Shown: in pieces, positions 18,044 to 27,210 of the stretch
How positions within the stretch are numbered: the stretch's first letter is position 1
Layout: each line of letters begins with the position of its first letter
DNA from: Sulfurimicrobium sp.
GTDB taxonomy: Bacteria; Pseudomonadota; Gammaproteobacteria; Burkholderiales; Sulfuricellaceae
Length of the DNA stretch: 62,137 nucleotides
Assembly (NCBI GenBank): GCA_030690835.1
Contig: JAUYFW010000015.1
Location: 1 to 62,137 of the forward strand
Direction: 5' to 3'
Translations under genes and position numbers: made by a program
Notes under the pieces: generated by a model
Told to the model about the DNA's origin: nothing
Databases searched by the model: none
The model's input: only the letters and a program-made list of their open reading frames with translations

Positions 18044-18381
18044 TGGCAGGCAATATTTTTGCCGACCTGCCGCTTGCCCCTGAAGCCCTGGAGCGCGTGG
18101 AAACCTTGCTGGCCCAACCCGGACTGCGCATCGAGCGCATCGTCTCCAGCGGCCAGGCCAGCCCCCCGGGCTTTTGGTACCAACAGGCCGATGCCGAATG
18201 GGTGTTGCTGGTGAGTGGTGCAGCGCTGTTGCGCTTCGAGGATGAAACCGAAGCCCGGCGCCTGTGCGCCGGCGACTGGCTGCACATCGAACCGCTGCGG
18301 CGTCACCGCGTCGAATCGACCGCGACCGACGCGCCGACGGTCTGGCTGGCGGTACATTGCACGCCGGGAATCAAGGATTGA
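18043..18381 (+). CDS. Cupin domain protein
   Basis: IERIVSSGQASPPGFWY...EWV...HRVE...WLAVH; TGATG coupling to the upstream gene. Confidence 0.88.
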   Translation: MAGNIFADLPLAPEALERVETLLAQPGLRIERIVSSGQASPPGFWYQQADAEWVLLVSGAALLRFEDETEARRLCAGDWLHIEPLRRHRVESTATDAPTVWLAVHCTPGIKD

Positions 18382-18592
18382 TCTGTCGTGGTTGCAACCC
18401 GATCTGACGCAAGGCGCCTGATCAGATCGACACTTGCGCATTGCGGTCCGGGCCACGGCGCGTCACGGCCGAGCAAATTGAGACTGCCGAATGATCGCTG
18501 TTCAGCCAAGACCTGCCGGTGGATCGCCCGAGGTCAAATGGGTGGTTCAGACCGTAAGCCGACGCTGAGGTTTCGTTGGTCACTGACGGCAG

Positions 18593-18626
18593 CCGACCCT
18601 TATGGAAAGCTTTCCATAAGGGTCGG
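18593..18626. repeat. Perfect 34-bp palindrome with a TTATG-N10-CATAA core
   Basis: CCGACCCTTATGGAAAGCTTTCCATAAGGGTCGG equals its own reverse complement. Confidence 0.9.
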
Positions 18627-18692
18627 GAACCGCCCGTGGAGCACCGCTCCGCATTGCTGACGTTGGCAAAAACTGCTGAATCAGCGAGCGGG

Positions 18693-19115
18693 CTACGCAG
18701 CCTTCCGCGGCCGACCGCCTTTTTGCCCATTCAATCGTGCCGCCGCCGCTTTCCTTTGTGAAGTTCTTTTGCCCACTTCGCTGGCAGCGAGGCGTAGCAT
18801 CCATGCCTTACTGCCATACACACCGGATAAAGCGCCTTCAATACGAATGTCCGCGTTAACTCTCGGCCAGTGCAATACAAACCCATCGCCAAGTAGTTCG
18901 ATTTCAGCCAGATCACTGGGCTTGGCGGCTTCCAGTCCCTGGACATTCCTTGCCGGGAAAGCGAATGCGCAGCCGTTGTCCAGCTCCACCACGACGCGGC
19001 CGCTTTTTCGGTCATATCTTGCAGTTTTTGCGTGGGGGGCCATAAGAACCTCCGCCCCCCGCGCCTGTGCAGCAGGGAGACTCCGTTTCATTACTTCATC
19101 AGTCCAGTCAGCCAT
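18693..19115 (-). CDS. DUF2442 protein (antitoxin partner of DUF4160)
   Basis: VVELDNG...LHWPRVNAD...GSKAWM...NGQKGGRPRK. Confidence 0.88.
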   Translation of the reverse strand: MADWTDEVMKRSLPAAQARGAEVLMAPHAKTARYDRKSGRVVVELDNGCAFAFPARNVQGLEAAKPSDLAEIELLGDGFVLHWPRVNADIRIEGALSGVYGSKAWMLRLAASEVGKRTSQRKAAAARLNGQKGGRPRKAA

Positions 19116-19344
19116 GAATCTTCTCCCATTCTTCCGTCAATCGGGGCAAGTGGGATCGCACTTGCCGCAGTGCTTTTCTGATTTCCGGCTTTGTCGGCCG
19201 TCCGACCACAAAAATCAGATCCGGTGGGTTTGATAGTGAAATCTTCGCCACCCATCCACCACCGAATACGTGGGCATGCGGTGGGGAATGGTCGTCAGAC
19301 AAGATAGAGAACACCAAACCCAGGGCGCGGAATATTTCAGGGAT
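19108..19344 (-). CDS. DUF4160 putative toxin with ATC in place of the start ATG (possible pseudogene)
   Basis: (I)PEIFRALGLVFSILSDDHSPPHAHV...EWEKIHG; an in-frame stop lies two codons upstream of the ATC. Confidence 0.75.
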   Translation of the reverse strand: MPEIFRALGLVFSILSDDHSPPHAHVFGGGWVAKISLSNPPDLIFVVGRPTKPEIRKALRQVRSHLPRLTEEWEKIHG

Positions 19345-19349
19345 CCGCT

Positions 19350-19369
19350 ATCATATCCCATCAGATGGG
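19350..19369 (-). promoter_or_regulatory. -10 box and palindromic operator of the DUF4160/DUF2442 module
   Basis: TATGAT on the minus strand next to the palindrome CCCATC-A-GATGGG. Confidence 0.55.
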
Positions 19370-19433
19370 TTTTGTGTATGCTGGAGTGATCGGTCCGTTT
19401 CAGACTGCAAGCGGCCGTAGCCAAGACCTCCGC

Positions 19434-19463
19434 AAATAAAAAACGGGAGCCGCAGCCCCCGTT
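19434..19463 (-). terminator. Rho-independent terminator of the second PEP-CTERM gene
   Basis: AACGGGAGC-CGCA-GCCCCCGTT hairpin plus T-tract; similar to 5008-5031. Confidence 0.65.
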
Positions 19464-19484
19464 ATTGCAGGACTCAAGAGTGAG

Positions 19485-20216
19485 TCAGGCGGCTTTTTGT
19501 TTCCGACGGCTAGCGAGGCCAAGCAAGCCAAGGCCTGCAAGCAGCATGCCATAGGTCTCCGGTTCCGGTACGGCGGCGACATCACCGGGGCGAACCGCCC
19601 AGGCATAGTACTCAAGGCTCCGGTTGCCGTAGTGCTGGCCGCCAGTGTCGGTACTGAAGAGCCCCGCGTTGGTGGCCGGATTCGGCACGTACGCCGCACC
19701 GGACCAATACACGCCGTTCCGCAGATTGTTCACCAGACCGACATTAGCCTGACCACCCCACGTGCCATTGCCTAAAACGCCGAAATCACCTCGTTGCGTG
19801 CCGTCCGGGTTGACATAGCCCTTCAGCCCCAGATTGACGTAGTACATGTAGCCCAGCTCGCTGTGCGAACTGGTGACGTTGTAGCCGAGATCGGTGGTGC
19901 CATTGTTCGACCAAGCATAGTTCCAGTCGCTGCCCACCGGTGTGTTGGCGGCCAGGCGCCAGCCGGTTAGCGACTCGCCGGCGACGCGTGAGATGTTCAG
20001 GCTGCTGGCCCAGGTGTTGGCCGCACTCCAGTTCATCCCGCCGTCGTCATCGTAGCCGCTGGTCTTGGCGTAGTTGGCGTCCTGCAGCCACGTTACGTTG
20101 AGCACGTCGTCGTACAGCAGACCGCCGCCCCGGTCATTCAGCGCTGCCTGCGCCACGCCACTTGTCAGCAATCCCGCCGTCGCCAGCGCCAGGCTGACTT
20201 GCTTCAATGCGTTCAT
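19485..20216 (-). CDS. PEP-CTERM sorting domain protein, paralog of 5054-5782
   Basis: Identical DRGGGLLYDDVLNVTWLQDANYAKTSGY block; VPEPETYGMLLAGLGLLGLASRRK. Confidence 0.93.
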   Translation of the reverse strand: MNALKQVSLALATAGLLTSGVAQAALNDRGGGLLYDDVLNVTWLQDANYAKTSGYDDDGGMNWSAANTWASSLNISRVAGESLTGWRLAANTPVGSDWNYAWSNNGTTDLGYNVTSSHSELGYMYYVNLGLKGYVNPDGTQRGDFGVLGNGTWGGQANVGLVNNLRNGVYWSGAAYVPNPATNAGLFSTDTGGQHYGNRSLEYYAWAVRPGDVAAVPEPETYGMLLAGLGLLGLASRRKQKAA

Positions 20217-20275
20217 GTCTATCCCCTTAAAATGAATGTCCACGCGCACAAGTCTCCCCCCCCCTAACTTTTGGT

Positions 20276-20294
20276 CAATAGCCCGTTTGGACTT
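20276..20294 (-). promoter_or_regulatory. Second copy of the PEP-CTERM upstream motif
   Basis: AAGTCC-AAAC-GGGCTATTG. Confidence 0.55.
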
Positions 20295-20506
20295 ATTCGA
20301 GCAATCGTTGATCCAGGACAAACAAGAAGGGGCGGGCCGCGGGCTACGTGATCCTCAACCTGTACCGCCGTGGAAGTATCGGCAGGCGAATAGTCGGCGC
20401 TGGTGGCAGGCGGCCGGTCACTATGGAACGGGCATCAGGCGGGACAGGTCGGCCTGAGACACGGGGCACTGCCTGTCAGGTCGAGCCTGGGTTGGCACAA
20501 CCTATC

Positions 20507-23224
20507 TCAAGGACTGACGGCCCGCGCCAGCATCCGCCGCAGCCAGGCTTTGCGCACTTCCTCCAGCACCCACATCAGCGCTGCGCAGGCCAGCGCCAGC
20601 AGCCAGACCTCGATCCCGACCGGCGCCGTGCCGAACAGCCAGTTGCCGGCCGCGGTATAGATGATGAACAGGATCACGCCCAGCTCCGCTGCCAGACCCA
20701 GCAGGATGTAGCGATTGCTGAAGAGCCCGAAGGAGAGCGATGACTTGAACGGGTGGCGGCACAGAAAGACATTCATCATCTGCATCACCACAATCGTGAC
20801 CAGGCAGGCGGAGGTCGCCTGCAGGTACAGCGGATCGGCGCGGTCGAGGCTGACGCCGTAATGCCAGCCCGCGGCATCGAGCACGAAAAAGAACACGGCC
20901 ATCGCCGCGGCCGCTTCCAGCACGCCGAGAAACAGGTAGGCGCGCACCAGCAGACCCCAGGACAGCAGGCGCTCGCTGCGCGCCCTGGGCGGGCGGTGCA
21001 TCACGTCGGGATCGGGTTTCTCGGCGCCCAGGGCCAGCGCCGGCAGCATGTCGGTGCCGAGGTCGACGGCGAGGATCTGGATGATGGTCAGCGGCAGCGG
21101 AATGCGCAACAGCACGAAGGCGAGGTAGGGCACGATTTCAGGAATGTTCGAACTCAGGATGTAGGTGAGGAACTTGCGGATGTTGTCGAACACCGCGCGT
21201 CCTTCCTCGATGGCGGCGACGATGCTGGCAAAGTTGTCGTCGAGCAGGATCAGGTCGGCGGCTTCCTTGGCCACGTCGGTGCCGGCAATGCCCATGGCGA
21301 TGCCGATATCGGCGGTCTTCAGCGCCGGCGCGTCATTCACGCCGTCACCGGTGACGGCGACGATCTCACCCTTCTTCTGCAAGGCCTGGACGATCAGCAT
21401 TTTCTGCTCGGCGGCGACGCGGGCGAAGATGATCTCCTTCGCGTCGAGCGCCAGTTGCAGTTGCGCCGGCGTGATCGAACGCAGTTGGTCGCCGCTGATG
21501 ACCGCCGGGTTTTCGGTTTTTACCAGGCCGATCTGGCGCGCAATCGCCAGCGCCGTATGCGGATGGTCGCCGGTCACCATGATGATGCGGATGCCTGCCG
21601 TGGCGCAGCGCGCGACGGCATCCGGCACCTCGGGCCGCGGCGGGTCTTCCAGCCCGACCAGCCCGCTCAGGATCATGCCGCGCTCTTCGCCCGGCATGCC
21701 GTCTTTAATGGCGCAGTGGGCAAAGGCCAGCACGCGCAGACCGGCCTCGGCCATCTGCCGCTGCGCCGCCAGCAGCCGCGTTCTTGCCAGCGGATCGAGC
21801 GGCACGGCGTCACCCGCGGCATCGAACTGGACGAAGTCGCAGGCGGCGAGCACCGTCTCCGGCGCGCCCTTGCAGTAGAGCATGCGGCCCTGCGGGGTTG
21901 CGCACAGCACCGACATGCGCTTGCGGTCGGTATCGAAAGGAATCTCGTCGATCCGCTGGTAGTCGGCAAGCTCGCCGGCCACCTGCCGTCCCATGCGCGC
22001 CAGCGCCACTTCCATCGGGTCGCCCAGCAGCTTGTTTTTACCATGCGCATCAACGATCTTCAGGTTGTGGCAAAGCGCGGCATTGACGAACAGCTCGCGG
22101 TTATCCCCGGTCAGGCGCGAATTATTGGTCGATGCGGCCGCCAGATCGCCGAAGTCGAGAAAACCGCCGCCCAGCCACAGGCGCTGCACCGACATGCGGT
22201 TCTGCGTCAGCGTGCCGGTCTTGTCGCAGCAGATTGTCGTCGTCGAACCAAGCGCCTCGACCGCCGGCAGGTGACGCACCAGGGCATTGCGTCGAGCCAT
22301 GCGTTGTGTCGCCATGGCCAGCGACAGCGTCACGGTCGGCAGCAGACCTTCCGGCACGTTGGCCACGATAATGCCGATGGCAAACAGCAGGTTCTCCCAG
22401 GCCGGCAGGCCCATGGCCTGACCGACGAAGAACAGCGCCACGCCCATGCCCGTGGCGAGCGCCGCGACGATGCGGGACAGGCGCGCAATTTCGCGCTGCA
22501 GCGGTGACGAGGCTGCGCCGGCGGTTTGCGTCAGGTGGGCGATCCTGCCGAACTCGGTACGCATGCCGGTGGCGTACACCACCGCCCGCGCCTGACCCGA
22601 CACCACCGAGGTCCCGGCCAGCACCACGTTCCTGGCATAGAGCGGCGAATCATGGGCACTGAGCTCGGTGCTCGGCTCGACAGTGCGCGCCTTGGGCAGG
22701 GATTCGCCGGTCACTGTCGCGGTATTCACGCGCAGCGCGAAGGCCTCGATCAGGCGGCAGTCGGCGGGAACGAAATTACCTTCCTCCAGCAGCACGATAT
22801 CGCCCGGCACCAGATCGGTGGCGAGCATCTCGACGATCTCGCCGTCACGCAGCGCCTGCACCTTCTGCGGCAGCAACTGGCGCAGCGCGGCCACAGCCTG
22901 TTCGGCCTTGTATTCCTGCCAGAAGGAAAAGATGCCGTTGACGATAATGACGCCGACAATGGCCACACCGAGACGGGCCATACCCTGGCCCGGATCGAAA
23001 TGTTCGGCGAGAAAGGCCAGCGCGGCGCCGATCCACAGGATGATGGCGAAAAAGTGGGTGAATTCGCGGGCGAAGCCGAGCAACAGGTGCTCGCGGGCCA
23101 CTTCCTCGACATGATTCGGTCCGAACTCCGCCAGCCGGCGCGCCGCCTCGGTCGCAGCAAGGCCGGCCGCCGTTGTCTTCAGGCTGGCGAGAGACTGCTC
23201 GGCGCTGAGGCCATGAATATGCAC
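20507..23224 (-). CDS. Cation-transporting P-type ATPase (type II)
   Basis: TGES, NVPEGL, DKTGTLT, KGAPE, TGD, GDGVND. Confidence 0.96.
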   Translation of the reverse strand: MHIHGLSAEQSLASLKTTAAGLAATEAARRLAEFGPNHVEEVAREHLLLGFAREFTHFFAIILWIGAALAFLAEHFDPGQGMARLGVAIVGVIIVNGIFSFWQEYKAEQAVAALRQLLPQKVQALRDGEIVEMLATDLVPGDIVLLEEGNFVPADCRLIEAFALRVNTATVTGESLPKARTVEPSTELSAHDSPLYARNVVLAGTSVVSGQARAVVYATGMRTEFGRIAHLTQTAGAASSPLQREIARLSRIVAALATGMGVALFFVGQAMGLPAWENLLFAIGIIVANVPEGLLPTVTLSLAMATQRMARRNALVRHLPAVEALGSTTTICCDKTGTLTQNRMSVQRLWLGGGFLDFGDLAAASTNNSRLTGDNRELFVNAALCHNLKIVDAHGKNKLLGDPMEVALARMGRQVAGELADYQRIDEIPFDTDRKRMSVLCATPQGRMLYCKGAPETVLAACDFVQFDAAGDAVPLDPLARTRLLAAQRQMAEAGLRVLAFAHCAIKDGMPGEERGMILSGLVGLEDPPRPEVPDAVARCATAGIRIIMVTGDHPHTALAIARQIGLVKTENPAVISGDQLRSITPAQLQLALDAKEIIFARVAAEQKMLIVQALQKKGEIVAVTGDGVNDAPALKTADIGIAMGIAGTDVAKEAADLILLDDNFASIVAAIEEGRAVFDNIRKFLTYILSSNIPEIVPYLAFVLLRIPLPLTIIQILAVDLGTDMLPALALGAEKPDPDVMHRPPRARSERLLSWGLLVRAYLFLGVLEAAAAMAVFFFVLDAAGWHYGVSLDRADPLYLQATSACLVTIVVMQMMNVFLCRHPFKSSLSFGLFSNRYILLGLAAELGVILFIIYTAAGNWLFGTAPVGIEVWLLALACAALMWVLEEVRKAWLRRMLARAVSP

Positions 23225-23255
23225 GTCTTAGCCTGAGTACTGTAGTTAACCGCCC

Positions 23256-23353
23256 TCGACGCAGAGGACGCAGAGGCGCAGAGAAGATCCATGCCACAGG
23301 TTCATCAGGTAAGACCTGGCATTTCCTCCGCGCCTCTGCGTCCTCTGCGTTGA
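23256..23353. repeat. REP-like inverted repeat pair (ACGCAGAGGACGCAGAGGCGC)
   Basis: 23256-23283 matches the reverse complement of 23326-23353 at 26/28 positions. Confidence 0.8.
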
Positions 23354-23378
23354 AAGCGTTTGCATTTGCGTTGTTGGT

Positions 23379-23705
23379 TCAACGGGCTCCGGCGCGCTGC
23401 AGGCGCGCCCGCAGCGCGGCAATTTCATCCAGCAGATCGAGCGCCAGGGCGACTCCCGGCGGGTTGAGTTCCAGATCGCGCGACAGCCTCAGGGCCAGCC
23501 GCGCGCGGCGCAGCGAGTCACCGCCGAAACGCCAGTCCTGCGGCGACTGGCCCACCGGTTCCAGCACGCCTTCGAAAACCCAGGCCAGCACATGTTCCTC
23601 TTCGGCGCTGCAGGCCTGGCACAGTTCCACCAGTGTCAAATGGACCTGCTCCTCGACCACCGGCCCCTGAATAAATGTCATGGTAATTGGGTTCATGGCG
23701 CTCAT
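23379..23705 (-). CDS. cbpM: Chaperone modulator CbpM
   Basis: LTLVELC...EGVLEP...[23 protein letters not shown]; downstream of cbpA. Confidence 0.9.
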   Translation of the reverse strand: MSAMNPITMTFIQGPVVEEQVHLTLVELCQACSAEEEHVLAWVFEGVLEPVGQSPQDWRFGGDSLRRARLALRLSRDLELNPPGVALALDLLDEIAALRARLQRAGAR

Positions 23706-24640
23706 CCCTCCAGCTGTGTTCGCGGGTTGAAATCGAAGGCCTTGGCCATGGCCCGGTAGGCCTCCCGCGCGCCCTCGCTGTCGGCCGGCGGCAGGGCAAT
23801 CGTCAGCACCACATACAGATCGCCCGGCGGCGACCCCGGGATGCCGCGGCCTTTCATGCGCAACTGACGACCCGCTGCCGAACCGGGGGGAATCGTGAGC
23901 TGTACCGGACCTTCAGGCGTCGGCGCGGTAATCGAGGCGCCAAGCGCGGCTTCCCAGGGCGCCAGCGGCAGGTCCAGATAGACATCGCGGCCGTCGGCGC
24001 GGAACTGCGGGTGGGGCTTGAAGGCAATTTCCAGATACAGGTCGCCCGCCGCTCCCTCGCCCAGGCCCGGGCCGCCCTGGCCGGCCAGACGCAGGTGCTG
24101 ACCGGCACGAACGCCTTTGGGAATGCTCACGTCGAGCTTGCGCTCCTGCATCGTGCCGCGACCCTGCGCATCCAGCCCTGGCATGCGCAGCGAAATACTG
24201 CGCTGGGCGCCGCGGTAGGCGTCGGCCAGATCGATCAGCACCTTGGCGTGGTGGTCCAGACCCTGCGCATGCATGTGTGCACGTTGCCCGGCCCGGGCCT
24301 GGCGGCCGAACAGCGCTTCGAAGAAGTCGCTGTGATCCGCTCCTGCGCCGGCGCCAAATTCGCCGCCGCTGAATTCGAAGCCGGCGTCCCAACCCGGCGG
24401 CGGCTGGAAGTCCTGCCCGGTCTTCCACTGGCTGCCCATCTGGTCGTAGGCCGCCCGTTTCTCCGGATCCTTCAGCACCGCATAGGCTTCACCCAGTTCC
24501 TTGAAGCGCGTCTCGGCATCGGGATCCTTGCTCACGTCCGGATGGTACTTGCGCGCCAGCTTGCGGTAGGCGCGTTTGACGTCGTCCTGCGTGGCGCTGC
24601 GCGGAACGCCGAGAATCTCGTAATAGTCCTTGAATTTCAT
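23702..24640 (-). CDS. cbpA: DnaJ-class curved-DNA-binding chaperone
   Basis: [18 protein letters not shown]-domain, DnaJ C-terminal domain without zinc finger. Confidence 0.92.
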   Translation of the reverse strand: MKFKDYYEILGVPRSATQDDVKRAYRKLARKYHPDVSKDPDAETRFKELGEAYAVLKDPEKRAAYDQMGSQWKTGQDFQPPPGWDAGFEFSGGEFGAGAGADHSDFFEALFGRQARAGQRAHMHAQGLDHHAKVLIDLADAYRGAQRSISLRMPGLDAQGRGTMQERKLDVSIPKGVRAGQHLRLAGQGGPGLGEGAAGDLYLEIAFKPHPQFRADGRDVYLDLPLAPWEAALGASITAPTPEGPVQLTIPPGSAAGRQLRMKGRGIPGSPPGDLYVVLTIALPPADSEGAREAYRAMAKAFDFNPRTQLEG

Positions 24641-24812
24641 GGTGCAGGGCTCGCTGCTGTTGTCCGCAAGAACTGCGGGTATCCGCAATCCGTGCTTGAT
24701 TGTGCCTTGTGCGGCGCAGTAATGAAAGTGCCGGCCTGGCCGACTGTTTGGGTTCAGCCAAATAGGACGGTCAAGTATTTCCCCCGGAGCTTCACCCAAT
24801 CGACTTCGGCCG

Positions 24813-26192
24813 TCAATCCGTCAGGAGGGACACAAACTCCTCGAACTTGCCGTTAACACCCAGGGGCAAATCAGCGAAATAACGGACATCGATCCGGGCG
24901 AAATCGCCCAGACTGCTTCTCAGTATGGCGGTCAGCGCCGCCTCTTCGCCGTCTGCAAGAGAACGATCCGTCACCAGACGGAATTCAATATGATCCCGCG
25001 CAAGTTGTGCGATTTGATACTGACGTACAGGGGCAACCTCGCGGTACTCGGCAAAGCCGACCAAAGGCCAGCGAATTTCCCCCCGCGGGGTCACCAGCAT
25101 ATTGCGTACGCGCCCCTGTATCCGCCGCAAACCTGGCAGGCCCCGCCCGCAACGGCAAGGAGGAGCGACTTCGGCGTAATCCCGCAACTCGTAGCGCAGC
25201 AGCGGCATGGCAAAACCATGCAGCGTCGTGACCACCACGCGTCCGCTGGCGCCTGGCGCACACGGCGCCCCGCTGGCGTCGAGTATCTCGACCAGAAGAC
25301 TTTCCGACTGAATGTGGTAGAGCCCGGACTCCGGGCACTGCAGGGCGATATTGCCCACCTCGTTCGAGCTATAGAGATCGACAACGGGTACTCCAAGAAC
25401 CTTGCGACACAGATCGCGCGTGGCATCGGGGAGGACTTCCCCGACGGTGCGAACTTCACGCAGCCGTGGCAGCGCAAGGCCATCAGCCTGAAGCCGGCGC
25501 AGCACGGCAGCCAGCACCGTCGGGTAAATCAGCAGATAGTCCGGATTGCGCTGCACGAGCCATCGCAGCTGTGCAGCCACATCCGTATTGATTGGCAGCA
25601 CGGCGCAGGGTCCGGTGTCGAACAAGAGATCGGTAGTCGGACCCCAGCCGCGATGCCATGTGCCATCGGGAGTGGGCTCTACTCCGGCGCGGATCGAACA
25701 CAAGGTCCCCGATAAATCGCGCTCATGCCAGGCATGGTCGCGCAGCGTAATGGCCTGCCACATCAGTCGATCGAGCCCGGAACGCAGAACTTCAACCGGC
25801 TCGCCGGTCGATCCCGAGGTCCGGTTGCAGTTGATACTGCCGTGTTCGGGCGGGACCCTGGTGCTGTGCAGGGACGAGCCGGCATCCTGAAGATCGCGGC
25901 GCGTCAGCGGTTGCAGGGATTGCCATGCGCCCTGATCGACAGGCCGGCCGGGGGCAATGCCGGCAGCATGGAGGCGAGGGTGATACCAGGGTACCGTTGC
26001 CCAGACATGCGCCAGCAGCGCGTCAAGCTGGCGGGCTTGCAGTTCCTGAATGCTTTGTGCCGACAACCACTGGCTGCGCTCCAGTTGCAGGAAAATCGAA
26101 TGCAGCGGCGCCGCTGCCGAGCCGACAAGCGCCGGGAAACACAGGCCCGGAAGCTCCGATCGGGCTTTCAGCGATAGCGGAATTCCTTTCAC
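24813..26192 (-). CDS. Phenylacetate-CoA ligase / CapK-like adenylate-forming enzyme
   Basis: [38 protein letters not shown]; GTG start overlaps the upstream TGA (GTGA). Confidence 0.85.
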   Translation of the reverse strand: MKGIPLSLKARSELPGLCFPALVGSAAAPLHSIFLQLERSQWLSAQSIQELQARQLDALLAHVWATVPWYHPRLHAAGIAPGRPVDQGAWQSLQPLTRRDLQDAGSSLHSTRVPPEHGSINCNRTSGSTGEPVEVLRSGLDRLMWQAITLRDHAWHERDLSGTLCSIRAGVEPTPDGTWHRGWGPTTDLLFDTGPCAVLPINTDVAAQLRWLVQRNPDYLLIYPTVLAAVLRRLQADGLALPRLREVRTVGEVLPDATRDLCRKVLGVPVVDLYSSNEVGNIALQCPESGLYHIQSESLLVEILDASGAPCAPGASGRVVVTTLHGFAMPLLRYELRDYAEVAPPCRCGRGLPGLRRIQGRVRNMLVTPRGEIRWPLVGFAEYREVAPVRQYQIAQLARDHIEFRLVTDRSLADGEEAALTAILRSSLGDFARIDVRYFADLPLGVNGKFEEFVSLLTD

Positions 26193-27073
26193 GCGGTACG
26201 CCGAAAGCTGGCTATCGGGCAGCGTTCGCCGAGCTCGTAGCCGGGCCAGGCCGCGTCGAGAAACTCGAATTCCGGAGCCAACATCGAGCGTAGCTCGGCC
26301 ATGCCGTAAAAACTGTAGCGCGCCGAGGCATGCCGATAGGCCTCCAGGGTTCGGATAGCGTCCAGCGACCACCCTGACAATGCAGCTGCCGTTTCGGGCT
26401 GCGGAAACCCGGACTCCCAGCGCGCCCAGATATCTGCCAGACAAGCGCTCTCGTTGCTGGCGTGGATTGCCATCACCAGGCGCCACTTGAACGCGTGAAA
26501 GTTGCCCACGTGGCCACGACGCAGGTCTGCCAGGACCTGTTCGGGCAACTCCGGCTTCCGGGGTTGGCAGAACAAGCGCAACACGAGGCAGCCGCCCGGC
26601 TGCAACACGCGATAAAACTCTCGCGCACATCGCCGGTAGTCATCGGCACAGCCAAGGGTGCTCAGGCTGCCGTCGCCGACGATCAGCTTGCACGCGCCAG
26701 GAGCAAGCGGCAAGGCCCGCCAGTCAGCATTCAACGCAGCGGAAAAAGCGCCGGGGAATCGACCCAGGGGCCAGATACTTTGCAGCATGTCCAGTGAAGA
26801 GTCGCACGCAAGCAGGCTTGAGTCTGCCGGCCACCGCAAAGACGCAAGTTCCGGGGTAACACCCAGCAGAAGCACCCGCGCCCCGGCCAGTTCCGACGCG
26901 GCGAGGGACGAGGTGATGGCACGCCAGTACAAGTCAGCATCTTCATCTACAGGCCGCAAGGGCGACCCGACCTTGCCCCATTGCGCTGCATGACGGGACC
27001 AATGCGATTCTGATGTATTTGGCTGGACAGACATATCGACAGCGCCGAGAGCCGCGACTTCAGGACTCTCCAT
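26189..27073 (-). CDS. Class I SAM-dependent methyltransferase
   Basis: LLLGVTPE, CDSSLDML, ADWRALP, VLQPGG; true start may be MSVQ at 27034. Confidence 0.8.
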   Translation of the reverse strand: MESPEVAALGAVDMSVQPNTSESHWSRHAAQWGKVGSPLRPVDEDADLYWRAITSSLAASELAGARVLLLGVTPELASLRWPADSSLLACDSSLDMLQSIWPLGRFPGAFSAALNADWRALPLAPGACKLIVGDGSLSTLGCADDYRRCAREFYRVLQPGGCLVLRLFCQPRKPELPEQVLADLRRGHVGNFHAFKWRLVMAIHASNESACLADIWARWESGFPQPETAAALSGWSLDAIRTLEAYRHASARYSFYGMAELRSMLAPEFEFLDAAWPGYELGERCPIASFRRTA

Positions 27074-27210
27074 GCTCTTCTCGCCTTTGCCGGGCGAAGG
27101 CCGGCGTCGAAGCCAGGGTCAGGACGAGACTGAGTTTGTATTTCATGTGGAAGCTCCCTGGTCTGATAATCTGGGCAATCTATCTCATTTTGTTGGAACA
27201 GGAAATCAGC

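Noticed and set aside
18382-18592. Degenerate short palindromes here and at 29290-29780 as attC sites, or the small ORFs spanning them
   Set aside because: Could not fit RYYYAAC...GTTRRRY ends or a consistent consensus; ORFs lack coding signal
26193-26630. 146-aa N-terminal extension of the 605-aa ligase ORF
   Set aside because: Overlaps the methyltransferase in another frame; the GTGA overlap at 26189-26192 gives a better start
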